DNA of 62,956 nt, counting the filler, from Reticulomyxa filosa (Eukaryota > Protista > Foraminifera): the NCBI GenBank assembly GCA_000512085.1. It is 21 parts of 21 records of this genome, joined end to end, with 100 filler letters (N's around TTAATTAATTAA, not from the genome) between each part and the next. Parts side by side here need not be neighbours in the genome. Positions count along the whole stretch, not along the records: positions 22,417 to 27,951 come from ASPP01003501.1; positions 28,052 to 29,144 come from ASPP01044413.1; positions 29,245 to 33,177 come from ASPP01012301.1; positions 33,278 to 36,518 come from ASPP01017066.1; 17 more parts are not named here. One strand, 5' to 3'. The position numbers and the translations under genes were made by a program. Below the pieces are notes generated by a model. That model saw nothing but the letters and a program-made list of their open reading frames with translations. It searched no databases and had not been told where the DNA came from. This document shows positions 23,682 through 36,086 of the stretch, one piece after another (position 1 is the stretch's first letter; each line of letters starts with the position of its first letter).

Positions 23682-24714
23682 ATGGAATCCCAGACAAAGG
23701 CGCAGCATGAACAAAAGCAACGTTTTCGGGACTTGGTGGAAAAATTGGAACATTCTAGTCCTTGGAACGCGTTTCTACAAAAGTATAAAATTAACAACGT
23801 ACGCTTCGATGTTCTCTCGGACTGTCACTACAAGCAGGCAGTGACACTGCTGTGTTTCCAATTCAGTATGTACGGAAATGCAACGAATCACGTATGTTTC
23901 AACGCGTCTGTGGAAGACAACCTGCCCCGCTTCCGACCCTTGGTCAAGTTTGCCATCCGCATGAACACATCCTGGGTGGCCTTAGAGCGCACCACCAACC
24001 GTGTCATCGGCGTTGCTATCAGCCGTGACATTTTGGAGAGCGATCAAATCGAGCAAGAAGAAGACAACACTTTGCTTGAGGGTTATTCCTTTCATCATTT
24101 CCGCAAAGAAATTGTGACCAAAACTATTTTAAGTCTTCCCGAACTTGCGAAATTTTTTTCCAAAGACATGAAGCCATTGAAGTTTTTTTTTATTAATAAA
24201 AAAAAATATACGTATACGATTTTTTTTTTTTATTGGGGGGGGGTAAAAAAAAAGGGATACGAAATATGGCCAAATTCGATATTATGAGGTATTTGCAACC
24301 GATCCGACGTTTGGTGACAAGAAACTCGGACAAGTGCTGACGTTTCTGGCGTTGCTGGGCAGCAGTTATACGGGGTATCACATGTGCTACGGAATCGCGG
24401 CAAGTCCGAAGTCACATCGCATCGGGTTCGTGTCGACAGATGGAATGTTCCCGTACTCGTTCTACGACTACAGTAAGCTCGAGTTCTCTCAAAAGACGAA
24501 CGACCATATCAAAAGCATGGGCGATGTGTATCTACAACTGCAGACCAAATACGGATACACGCCACACTATGTTCGTCACTTGAAAGCACACTCCAAGCTG
24601 TTTCTGTCCTTCTTTGTCTTTGATCAGACCAAGTGGTGGCTTGGCTATGTCTCTGCGTTCCCCGAACTCTTGCCTCTTATTCATGAACTCTTTCCTACGA
24701 CTTCCAAGTTATAG
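23682..24714 (+). CDS. GNAT-family (AANAT-like) N-acyltransferase with PTS1 signal, 319 aa
   Basis: Exons 23682-24181 and 24255-24714 (GT-AG, frame preserved). SWVALE..NRVIGVAI (beta strands) and EVFATDPTFGDKKLGQVL (motif A-like); ends in SKL*. Confidence 0.75.
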
Positions 24715-25979
24715 TCTTGGAAAACAGGAGAAGATGGGTATAATAGTAATAATAAAAAATAGAGAAAGAGAGAGAAGAAAGAGGGATGTGGGAAGAAAAG
24801 GAAAGAAAAAAAAAAATTGTGTGTTGGTTATTTGATAATGTGTCTGCCATTTTTTTTTTTTGAGTTCTTAATCCCCCTTTTTTTTTTTACGCGTCGATCA
24901 TTTCTTTTTTCTGTTTTGTTTTTTGTTACTCACTTAGATTTTGTTTTGTTACACAAAGATGTCCGCTTTTGATTTGCAAATTCTCTCTTGTTGTAATTCT
25001 CTTTTTTCAAAGGTTTTTTTAAAAGGTCTTTACTACTTGTCTCAGAAATTTCTTCATATTTTCGCTTTTGGCGGTCTTGAAGCTGATAGGGATTATTTTG
25101 TGTGTCCTCCCTTCTCCTGCAATGTAAAAATTTAATTTATGGACAAGTCGTCTTTTCTAAAACTTGAATTTGAACACATTTTTGTATAAATCCACGATTG
25201 AGACGTTCTTCAAATGTTTAGCTTTTTTTTATTACCTACACGTAGTTTTATTACTTGTGTACTTATTTATTTTTTTGGTTGGTCTCTGCACTGATGCAGA
25301 CTGTTATAAATGATTTGCTTTTATATTGGAAAAACCTTATTTCTATTTACTTTTTGGGCTGAGTCAATTATTTGTTAGGTTTGTTGTCTAGTGAGCACGA
25401 TCATAATGTCAATGATCGAAAGTTTTTCCAATACCAAAAATCAAAGCAAAAAACACCAAAAAAAATCCATAAACCAATAATTTTGTGGTTTATTTTAATT
25501 TAAAACATAATCAATAGTTTGCTGAACAACAAACATCAGAAGCGACGTAGTGCACTATCGGAAAGAATGATATTGATTGTTGCCACCATCATACATATAA
25601 GCAAGCCGATCTGCCATAATATTTCGCACAGGCATATCACTATGACTCTCTGACTTAAAACGAGAAGAGAGATTAAATGACAACACTTGATTATTTTATT
25701 GAATATTCTTTGTTAATTTAAATTTTTATTTATTTGTGAGCATTTAAAAATGAAAATTAATCCATCTTAAATTTTTCTACTGTTTGTTTGCAAAGATGGT
25801 AATATTTTTGTGTATTTTCAAAAAATTTTGATTGACACAATAATTTTCTGATATTTTCTATTATTCGTCAAGTGAACATGTTGTATATGTGAAATTACTT
25901 CATCAAGACTCGTTTCCATTAGAATTTTGAAATAATTTTTTTTTAAGTTATCGCAAAATGTTTTTATTATACACGTTAA

Positions 25980-26981
25980 ATGCAAATTCAATCTTTGTTG
26001 TCTTTTGGTGGAGAAGAAGATTTAAAACATACATTAGTGATGAAATATGTAAGTGTTTGGAGTAATATATCAGATATATCAAACAAATCAAATGAACTCA
26101 ACAATTACAATGAATGGGTTCCTTTCACAGACAATTACAATCATCCAATTGTCATTGGAAGAGATGATGATAATTATTATGGAGTGCGTGCAGTGATTGG
26201 TGGAAGCAACAATCATTTATTATTTATCACTTATTTTCCAGACAATATTAGTGTATTTGATTTAAATACGTTTCAATTTATAAAACACGATACTTTATCA
26301 TCTGATAATTATATTCACTTTCATTGCTTTGTATCAAATTCAGAAAATGTACAAGAACAAGAAATGATAAAAATAAATGAAGGAAAAAATAAACAAAATT
26401 ATCAAATGATGTTGTTTAAACTAAATACAGGATTATCAATTGAATATGATGAAGATAACAACACTTTTCAATTTCATCAAATACCTGTTTGTGATGATAT
26501 TGTATCATTCAGTCATTATGCATATGTGTGTATCAATGATATCATCTTGCTCTTTGGTGGACGGAATTATGGTAACAATGTTACTTCAAAATTATTGCAC
26601 AAATATTCAATTCGAGAAAACAAATGGATAACATTTGAAAACACTTTACCTAGTCCATTGTTTCATTGTATTGCAATATTGAGTGAAGAAGACAATAATA
26701 TACACATCATTGGAGGACTAGATGATGAAGACACGATAGTACCAACTCACATGAAGACTAAAGCGCGTGTATGGGATTCTTCACTGTTGGTAATGATTTG
26801 TTTATTTATTATTTATTTATTTTGATGAAGCCCAAATAGATTATATTGTATGAAACTGATAAATAATGAATAGTCAAAAAAAGAAATAAAATTTATTAAT
26901 CAATATTGGACTCGAGATTTACAAATAAAATTTGGATGGATCAATGATTTTGATCAAACTATTTTCAAATACAATAAATAA
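25980..26981 (+). CDS. Kelch-repeat protein with C-terminal QYWxR..GWIxDFD module (5' end uncertain or degenerate)
   Basis: RAVIGGS, YVCINDIILLFGG, KYSIRENKW, IHIIGG. GT-AG intron 26790-26873, then SKKEIKFINQYWTRDLQIKFGWINDFDQTIFKYNK*. Confidence 0.8.
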
Positions 26982-27461
26982 AATAAAGTTTAATAATATA
27001 GATAATTAATACCCTTTTTAAATATGATTTTAATTTTGGTTTTTATAAATTTTTTAAAATTTGTATGCACTAAAAAGACAAAAAGGGTGATAAATATTTT
27101 ACTCTTTTGTAGAAATTGATTGTTTTCTATCAAATAAGTTGTATGGTGATATATGCGGTATTGCATTCAAAGAGCGCTTTTTGAATTTGAATCGTTCATC
27201 ATTTATGATTCAATGTGAAATACCAAATGAATTGGCTTTCATTGAATTTCAATTCAACATCAATTAACATAACCATTTTTCTGTTTGATTAAAAATATTT
27301 TTGAAAACCCTTTCAGAATTGAACTTGATTATTGATCACTTTCTTTCTCTTGTATCAAACAAAACAAACTCCAGAGAGATCAATGCAACTACCACTGGCA
27401 AGTTTCATTTTAACTCATTTGTTCTTTGGTAATACTTGTATATAATTTGTGGTTGGACCAG

Positions 27462-27951
27462 TCAAAAGAAGAAGATATTCCATTCATTATTCAACATTGG
27501 ATTCGAATACTAAACATAAAATTAGGATGGATCGATGATTTTGACCAAATTATTGTCAAATATGTTATGTTCTTTTGTTTTTTTTTAAAAATGTAAAACA
27601 GAAAAATTCAAATGTTCATCTATGAATACAGGCTATTAATATCTTTATATTTGATATCTTTCGTTCGTCATCTAAATCACTTAAAATATTTACTGGACAC
27701 ACAAAGCGTATAAATAATATTGATTACTCAACATTCGATAGTATACAATTACTTTGTTCTGGATCAGATGATAATACAGTTCGTGTATGGGATGTTGATA
27801 ACAACAAACAAATCCAATCATTCAATGGACATTCATCTGATGTGTATTGTGTGAAATTTTCATCATATCATTATCATAATAATCGTCAAAATGTCATTTG
27901 TTCTTCATCAGATGACAAAACCATTCGGTTTTGGGATTTCAAACATAATAA
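27462..27951 (+). CDS. WD40-repeat protein with N-terminal QHWIR..GWIDDFD module (partial; absent from the ORF track)
   Basis: Exon 27462-27563 SKEEDIPFIIQHWIRILNIKLGWIDDFDQIIVKY; intron 27564-27631; then FTGHTKRINNIDYS..LCSGSDDNTVRVWD..FNGHSSDVYCVKFS..ICSSSDDKTIRFWD. Confidence 0.88.
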
Positions 27952-29306
27952 NNNNNNNNNNNNNNNNNNNNNNNNNNNNNNNNNNNNNNNNNNNNTTAAT
28001 TAATTAANNNNNNNNNNNNNNNNNNNNNNNNNNNNNNNNNNNNNNNNNNNNGTACTTTCAAGTTTTTGTTAGCCATCTTTGCTAAATCTATCTTCGCAAA
28101 GCTGTTCTTTTTATCTTGGATCCATAAAAAACTCAGAGTCAATGGTTTTGCTATTGCCGTTCTCCCCTTTTTTTTATACATTCTAGTTTCCTCTGAAAAA
28201 AAAAATTCTTTATGATCACAAAAAGGATAAAAATACGGTTTATCGTGCAAAAATGTAAAAAGAAGTTGAATTATTTTTTTAAATTATGAAAATTTGCACT
28301 TTTGAATAAAGTATTAATAATAAACATCGTAATTTTTATTTAAAAAACTCTAGTTTTAAAAAAAATGATTATCCGATTTAAAAGCTCCATTTGAAATTTC
28401 TTAGCTTGTTGAAGAAAAGAGATGGTTAGTAACTGATCATGTTCCTTTATCCACATAAAAACACGATCCCACCAAAATTTGGAACTAGTTATGATCGTTG
28501 TTTCTGTTCGTGTAGGCAAAGAGTGAAAAAAATTGATTGATGAAGTGGTTGTATCAGCACCCCGTTGTAGTGTTTACAAAAGTGCATTACCCATACTACT
28601 ATCGTGTGAAAAGCTTGTGACAGACCTTCGATGTTGAATTGAACAAAGACTTGTTCTTATCCGAGTATCTGAAGTGCAATGAACTATACCACAAGTGTTC
28701 ATTGGTAGGTCTTCCATCGGGGGGATGCAACGACGAATATAAACTTAATAACAACAATAAGTTGATAGAACTGATTGACCAGTTGAGATTTTATTTTATT
28801 TTTTTGGACAGGTAATCTATAAATGTGTGAAATTTTTTTATTGGCATGTATTTAAAAAAATAGAGCAAAAAAAAAGATTTTGCTGCGAAAAGCAAGACTA
28901 ACAGCTTATTTGTCTTGGAAAGCAAAAAAAAGTCAATCAAAATTGTGATATTTGATTTCTTTTTATTTTTGTTGCTTGAAACTTTTTTTTGTAATTATTG
29001 CGACCTTTATTCTCACTAACTTTGACTGCCTCTTGCTTTTTGTTGTTTGCAGCTTAAAATAATTAAGATGAGGCAATTTATTAGCAAAAATATTCAGTTG
29101 AGCAAATAGCACAAGTTTGTTTGTGATTTTCCTTTGGAGGAGAANNNNNNNNNNNNNNNNNNNNNNNNNNNNNNNNNNNNNNNNNNNNTTAATTAATTAA
29201 NNNNNNNNNNNNNNNNNNNNNNNNNNNNNNNNNNNNNNNNNNNNAAAAAAAAAAAAACATGTTAAAAATTTTTGCAATTCGCATATACATTATATATTTA
29301 TTTCTA

Positions 29307-30346
29307 TCAAGTTTTCTCGGTCGTATTGGATGTAGTGTTAGAAGTAGTAGAACGTCGAGTAGTTTTTTTTTTGGTATGGAGCGGTTCCAGCCACAGGTCA
29401 TCGATATTGTCCAAAGCATAGGCGAGTCCACTCGAAGAGATTTTACTTTCTAAAGCAGTGAAGATCTTTTGTTTCAATTCGGGAGTTCTCTGTTCCAAAG
29501 GTATCTGATGATATCGTGACAATTCAATCCGGATTTCTGTGGAGCTCACTTCGTCAAGTTCCATATCTACAAACTCAAATATAGTTTCGTCAATCAATCC
29601 TTTTTTCTTGTCTCTCTCATAAAGTGTTCGAACTTTCTCTGTGTATCCAGACCGACCTATGCTTACCAATTTGTTGTACTGATTGTCAGTGCTACTTGGC
29701 TCTGTATAACGATCACAATTTATATTAATGTATATTATATACGTACATGTATCGTATACGTATATTTTACATATACGTATACGTACACATTTTTTTAAGT
29801 ATGTTTACCCAGATAAGTCCAGAGTCCTGTTTCGTCGTCCACCAACAGATGATCCGCTCCGAAGCAATTGAGATGATACAGTTGTGTCAGTTGCGATGGA
29901 TCATCCAACAATTTCGTTTGGATAAAAAACTGATGGTGATTGTCACTATGTGTGATCATTTCGCCATAATCTGCTGCGTGCAGACACTCGACATGCGACG
30001 GGAACACAAAATTTTCCGCTACTTCGCCACACTCACTTATCGCTAATTCACACATCTTGTGTCGATGTTTGAATTTTATCCCATTCTTCCCTAATTTGCC
30101 CCAGACGTATCTATCTGTCGATAGCACTAAATATGCTGCTACTATGTGGTATTCCTTCTTTTCTTCTTCAAAATAATTACGCAACGATAACAAAAACTTT
30201 ACATGTCCTACATGAACTGGAGAAAACGATCCTCCCAGTAACAATATTGCCTTTGGTAGGCCTTGCTGTTTTGATTCTTTTTTCTCTTCTTCTTCATGAG
30301 ACTGAGGTTCATCTTTTCCTTCAATCACATTCATGTTATTATTCAA
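29307..30346 (-). CDS. NMNAT: Nicotinamide/nicotinate-mononucleotide adenylyltransferase-like (cytidylyltransferase fold), 310 aa
   Basis: GGSFSPVHVGH (HxGH), HRHKMCELA, FGADH, VSSTEIR. Exons 30346-29809 and 29701-29307 are joined in frame by a GT-AG intron. Confidence 0.8.
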
Positions 30347-30724
30347 TAATGCACATTATTTTTCTAAAGAATCTTTAAAAAACTCTTTTAAGAGCTTTTT
30401 CTGCAGCTAAAATTATTTGTTTTACATTTGAGTTATTATTTTTTGTTTCCCTTTTGCTTGCTGTAATATCATAATAAATTGACACGATGTAAACACTTTA
30501 ATTTGGAATATATAATTGTTGCAGCTGCAAATATACTCCTCCAACATCAGTTTGGCTTGTAAAAGGACACAAGTAGTTTTTATTGTTAAAAAAAAGAGTT
30601 TATTCACGATATCAACAGGTCAAGGGTTGTGAAGTAGTGAAAACATATAAATATGGAGCTAATTGTTGTTCATTGAATTAATTTTTGGAAGAATAAAACA
30701 AAAAGATAATTCTGTGAAATTAAA

Positions 30725-32273
30725 TCAGTTTTTGTCCCACCAGTTTTGCAATTCATTTTGGGATGATTCTTTGTTATCAATTGGATTGTCTTTTTTGTTG
30801 TATTTGGTTTTGCTGTCCTTATTACGATTGTTATTGGCCTTAGTATTAGTATTGGCATTGGTCTTGGTATTGGGATTACCCGATTCGTTTGCGCTTGATT
30901 TGTTGCGTCTGCGTCGTGTTCTCTTCTTTTTGACTCGAATAGAAGTCATATCAAACCCGCCAGTGGGTTCATAGCGGATCCTGCCGCCACTGTGTTCTAA
31001 AAACCCACTCTTTTTTAGTTTTTCAACTTTGGCACGTGTCTCGGAATCCAGCACGTCGTCTATCGGATCAAGGTCAATATCCGCTTCTTCTTCTTCACTA
31101 GTCTCAGCCTCACTGTCCTTCTGTGACTTTTCTACCGCTTTCAAAAGTTTTTCAGCCGAGACAGATCCTTGGCGTGTCTTGGCTGTCTTGTCCACTTCTG
31201 TTTCCGCGACGTTTTTCCCATGAAGATAATCCTCAGTAATTGCAAGCGTTGTCAGTTGTTTCTGTTTTGATACGGTCATCGTTATATTCAAAAAGGAGTC
31301 AATTCAATTGCATACATATATATGTATATATATATATATATATGTATATATATAAATATATACACATATATACATATGATAATGTACATAGTAGTACAAC
31401 AAATAGAAACAAAAAAACAATATTTTTTTTAAAAAAACTTTTGTTCGATATATGCCAAAGACGCAGGTGACAAATGGTCCAATACAATGATACCACGAAA
31501 TATCCACAAAGTTGGTGCACCAGGGCATTTCCTCGCCTCATTTCGATGTGAGGTCACTTGCAAGCAATATGCATAACACACTTTGTTTTCTTTTGCAGCT
31601 GACAGATCTTTCAACTTGCTATGCTGATACTGGGCCTGACTTTCTATTCCGTCCCACATATGTATGTATGTATGTATGTATGTACTACTTATCACTTTTT
31701 TTTTTTTTTTTATTTAAATAATCATTGTTGCTTTCAAAAGATGCGCAAAATCGCAACAAGCGAAAATAATAATTTTTTTTGGTATGTTGACACGAAACTG
31801 CAGTATGCGTTAACACAGTTTATTGCACTGGCGCAATTCCAACCTCCTTTCTTTGTGACTTTTTTCTTTGTAGAATGCAGGCAGTCCAATAGTTTTACAC
31901 CTCTTAGGATATGCGTGCCGGGAACGTATTTCTTATGCCCTTGGTCCACTCTTGCTTGCAACTCATTTACACAACATCGAGTTGTGTAGAATTCACATTC
32001 TCGTCCTAAACATAACTTTTGCACAGTTGTTTGTAGATTTACGTGCGCTTCTGCAACTGTATGGGCAAAATATGGACCAACTATTCCATTGAAAAAACAA
32101 TTTTTTGCGAACAAGAGGGCTTGACAACATACTAATTGACACCAACAAACTCAAACAAAGAATGAACTTATGAACCGGTAGGGACTTTTTAAATCAAAAT
32201 ATTTCCTATAGTTTTGGAGAATTTTAGAATGTTTATGATCCATATGTTGCTGAGATGTAAATGCGAGAGACAT
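30725..32273 (-). CDS. UTP23: Utp23-like rRNA-processing PIN-domain protein (4 exons)
   Basis: KILQNYRKYFDLKSPYRFI, intron 32167-32081, then IGPYF..FYTTRCCVNEL..LDCLH..AINCV; RKCPGAPTLWIFRGIIVLDHLSPAS; basic C-terminus (KKKRTRRRRNK). Last splice junction not resolved. Confidence 0.75.
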
Positions 32274-32690
32274 TATTCGGGATCGTTGTTTGTCACTAAT
32301 GTGATTATGGAAATATTAAATCACAAAGTTCTTCTTGACGTTAAAACCCTTTTTCCTTGTCTTTTGTTTTGGATTTATTCTTTATTGCTTCATTTTCCAA
32401 CTGTAAAGTTTTGTAAATCTTTACATTACTACAAATTAAAGTGTAAACCTTACTTCTGTCCCAAAGCGATGATATTACTTTTTTTAAAAAATAAGCAAAC
32501 CTTAGATTGTAGTGAGATTTAATAACGCCATTGCTGGGTAATTGTAGATAGAAGAGTATATATTGATAAAAAGTAAGCAGGATATCACACGTCAAAGCTT
32601 TAAAAGCCCAATAAAAGAGAAAAATATGATAGTGGCTAGTTTTATAAAAAGAAGATTAAGTAATTTTTGATCCAGTGTTGAAGCGCGCAA

Positions 32691-33177
32691 ATGAGTCTTA
32701 CTCGGCCATCAAAAACAATATCGGCAAAGCCTTTAGTCTCTCCCCGTGAAACTGAGGAGGATGAACATGATGATAGTGCAGATAGTGACAATTCCTTTGT
32801 GCATCCTGTGACCTCGCACGCAGTGAAAGAGCCGATCGTAATAGATTGGGGTTCCTATCAAATTAAGGTGGGCACAAGTAAGGACGAAAGCCCACTGCTG
32901 TGTTTGGAATCCGCAGTCGCGCAACTTAACAGTGAATCAAAAAACCCATACGCAAATGTATTGCTCGGGTCGCAGGCATTGCGTATGTCCAGGGATTACC
33001 CGGGTGAAATCCACTTGCAAACGCCGTTGACAAATAAAGGATCGAATTTCGATTGGGAATGTGTGGACATGTTGACCAACTCGTTACTTTGCGATGCGTT
33101 GGAGTTAGATCCAATGGAGCACCCAATATTCCTTACACATCGTCACATGTTTTCGGAAATGATACCTGCGAATTCCC
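32691..33177 (+). CDS. Divergent actin-related protein (ARP), 3'-truncated
   Basis: PIVIDWGSYQIKVG (phosphate-1 loop), LLGSQAL, LQTPL...G..DWE, LELDPMEHPIFLT. Confidence 0.85.
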
Positions 33178-34261
33178 NNNNNNNNNNNNNNNNNNNNNNN
33201 NNNNNNNNNNNNNNNNNNNNNTTAATTAATTAANNNNNNNNNNNNNNNNNNNNNNNNNNNNNNNNNNNNNNNNNNNNTTTATATTGGTATTAACACTTTT
33301 TTTTTTTTAATTTAGCACAATTTTTTGTTTGTTTGCATGTACACTGGCCAATACAGGAAAATTCGATTTGGAAAAAAAATAATTTGGAATTAATAATTTG
33401 GGATCAATTAAATCATTAATCAATACAATTCGTTCTTCATATTAAAATGTTTTATTGGATCAATAGCTTCGCTTTCGATAGACTGTCCCTACATTGGATT
33501 TAGTGATAGAATTATTCGAAAAAATCCACACAAAAGAACAGTGGATGACTTGCTGAAGCTAACGTGGATATAATTAACTTTATATTGATCATAAAATCTC
33601 TTTCATAACAACAACAAACGTGGGAACTAGAAATGAAATGGTACATATTTTTATTATATACACAACTACCTTTTTATGTATACTTAACTAAAAAAAAAAT
33701 ATGTCTATTTATTTTTTTTCATTGGGATATGACATAATACAATGAAGGGCCAAGACTGGAACACATTGGTAAAAGACTGTAAGAAACTTCAGCATTTGGA
33801 ATATGGAATTTGAATAATTTTTTTTGTTGGTACGTACATAAGTGTTTTTAAATACAAGAGAATTTGGAAGAAGCAATTGCTTATTGAAAAACTTGATTGC
33901 GATTTTTATTTATTTTTACAATTTCTTTTGATGCACCTTTTTGCAATATCTTAATATCAGTGTTGTTATTCTTTATAATTTTTTTTAATTATAAATATTT
34001 TGATAATAAAAAGAAAAAAAAAATGGACATTCTCAGTCAAATCACATAATGGTCAATTTCACATCAATTTTTTGTCCACTGAAAAATGAAAATGAATGTT
34101 ATTGATAAGCGCGAAGTGTTCTTGAATTTTTTCGATTTGAGTTATTTTTTATTTTTTTTGAACCAATTTTTTAAAAATTAACCAGTTTTTTAAAAAAAGT
34201 GTCAGATGGGGATGCAGTTCAAATTTTTTATTTTTTATCTTTGTAATGTTTTGTAACAAAC

Positions 34262-34620
34262 ACAAAGATTTCACTGCTACTTGCCTGTAGAACTGAAATG
34301 GAGATTTAAGTCTTGCAGTCTTGCCTTTTCAAAAAGATAATCAAAGTAAGTGTTCTTTTATATCGTTAATTATAATCAAAGATCGTTATGGAAAGCAATG
34401 TCGAACATGTCAAAATCTTCGTCGTGACATTTGATCCTTGTAAGCAAGCAAATGGATAATAATGGCCATTGATACAAATGTATAACCTACACAGCAAGAA
34501 AGGATATCCAATACGAACACGTAGCGAAACTGGCCAATCACAAGGACGAACGCACGCTCAAATACAAGTCCGCCTGTTTTGAAGCAAAAACCAATTTAGA
34601 CATGATCAAGCAGTCGTCAT
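34262..34620 (+). mobile_element. Decayed tyrosine recombinase (Crypton/phage-integrase-like) relic
   Basis: Box I-like ISLLLACRTEMEI at 34268-34306. Box II-like NNGH*YKCITYTARKDIQYEHVAKLANHKDERTLKY at 34458-34565, with TGA where the catalytic Arg (CGA) is expected. Confidence 0.5.
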
Positions 34621-36086
34621 GATTATAAATACTTGCACAAATCTTGGACAATCAATTCGTGGTCCCAACGTTGCCCTGGCTCGCTTTCCATCATCAGCTC
34701 GTCTTTCGCACGTCTTGTTGCGATTATGCATTGCAATATTACTAAAACAGCAATTTGTTGAACACTGCTGATTGCCCCACAAGTACTGGAACACAACATT
34801 CCAATTCCATTGTAATCCACCAGGAACCGACAATATCCAAAACTATGCCACAACCAAAAAAAAGGAATTACAAAAAATTGAGCAAAGACCAGCAATTGTC
34901 AACATGTTTGTTATAAATTAAAAAACGGATGAACTTGTTCATGCCAGTAAATGATTAGCACATAATCATCACTCAAAAGAATTATTTGTGATTTATCTCT
35001 TACTTACTCTTGGGAAAATCAGTGAGCACGTAATGAAATACAAAACTAGTGTTCAGATATTTTTTATTAATAAGTTGTGTTCACTTTCAAACTTCATGAT
35101 TTATTGAGATTGTAAGCAAACATCATCAACAAGTCGTATTCTTTTCTTTTTCTTTGTCTCACAACCTTGAACTCTTTACAATGAACCCACAGGAGACAAA
35201 ATCGTGAAAACAGCTAAAAACTGAAAGTACAAACTGGCCCTAGTCTTTGATGTTGATATTACCACATCAAAATAATTGTTATATGAAACTTCTCAAACTT
35301 TTTCCATAAAAACATTTAACATTGGAGCTATGTTGTTATTTTATTTTGTTATTTATTGTTTATTTAGTGTGATAAGATATTGAAATAATGAATACCATGT
35401 TATTTTGGTAAAACTGTTTTTCATTTAATAAAAGATATGTAGTGGCTTAAAAATTGTATTAACATTTGTTTTCCGCCAAAAAAAAAGGACGTCACTAGAA
35501 GGCTGTGCGTTGAAATGGAAAATTCACAGAATGCAAAGAATAAAAAAATTTACAGAAAGCATTTCTGGGAAAACCAACTTTGGGCTATCCTTTTAAGAGA
35601 CAAAAATTACATCTTGCTATTGTTGTTAGCAGTACTTTTTGATTGTTACGAGTTCTCATTATTGAGTCAATGGACTTTGCCAGCCCTCGTACTTTTCGCT
35701 CACTTTTGTCGCAATCGTATTACCATTTGATAATAGAATAGCCTTTTTTTAATAGACTAGCAAGCTCTTCGAACTACAGTCGTTACGCTCTTTGTTCCAG
35801 TCTGTGTCGATACTTGTATGATCCTTCAAGGTCACTTCAATTTAATCCACAAAATTTTTAAAGTCTTTCTTTCAGATTTGATAACGACCCACTTTTTAAA
35901 AAAAAAACACAAGCAAAGAAACAAAATGCAACCATGTTCATCTGATTTTAATGTATAAATAAAGTGCACACGTAAACATGTACAATGCATAAGTAAATAT
36001 GTTAAATACATAAAAGATTTATGTAATACCATATTTACAATCACCAAAAATAACCATATAGACATCCATTTAAACTGAGTGGCATG

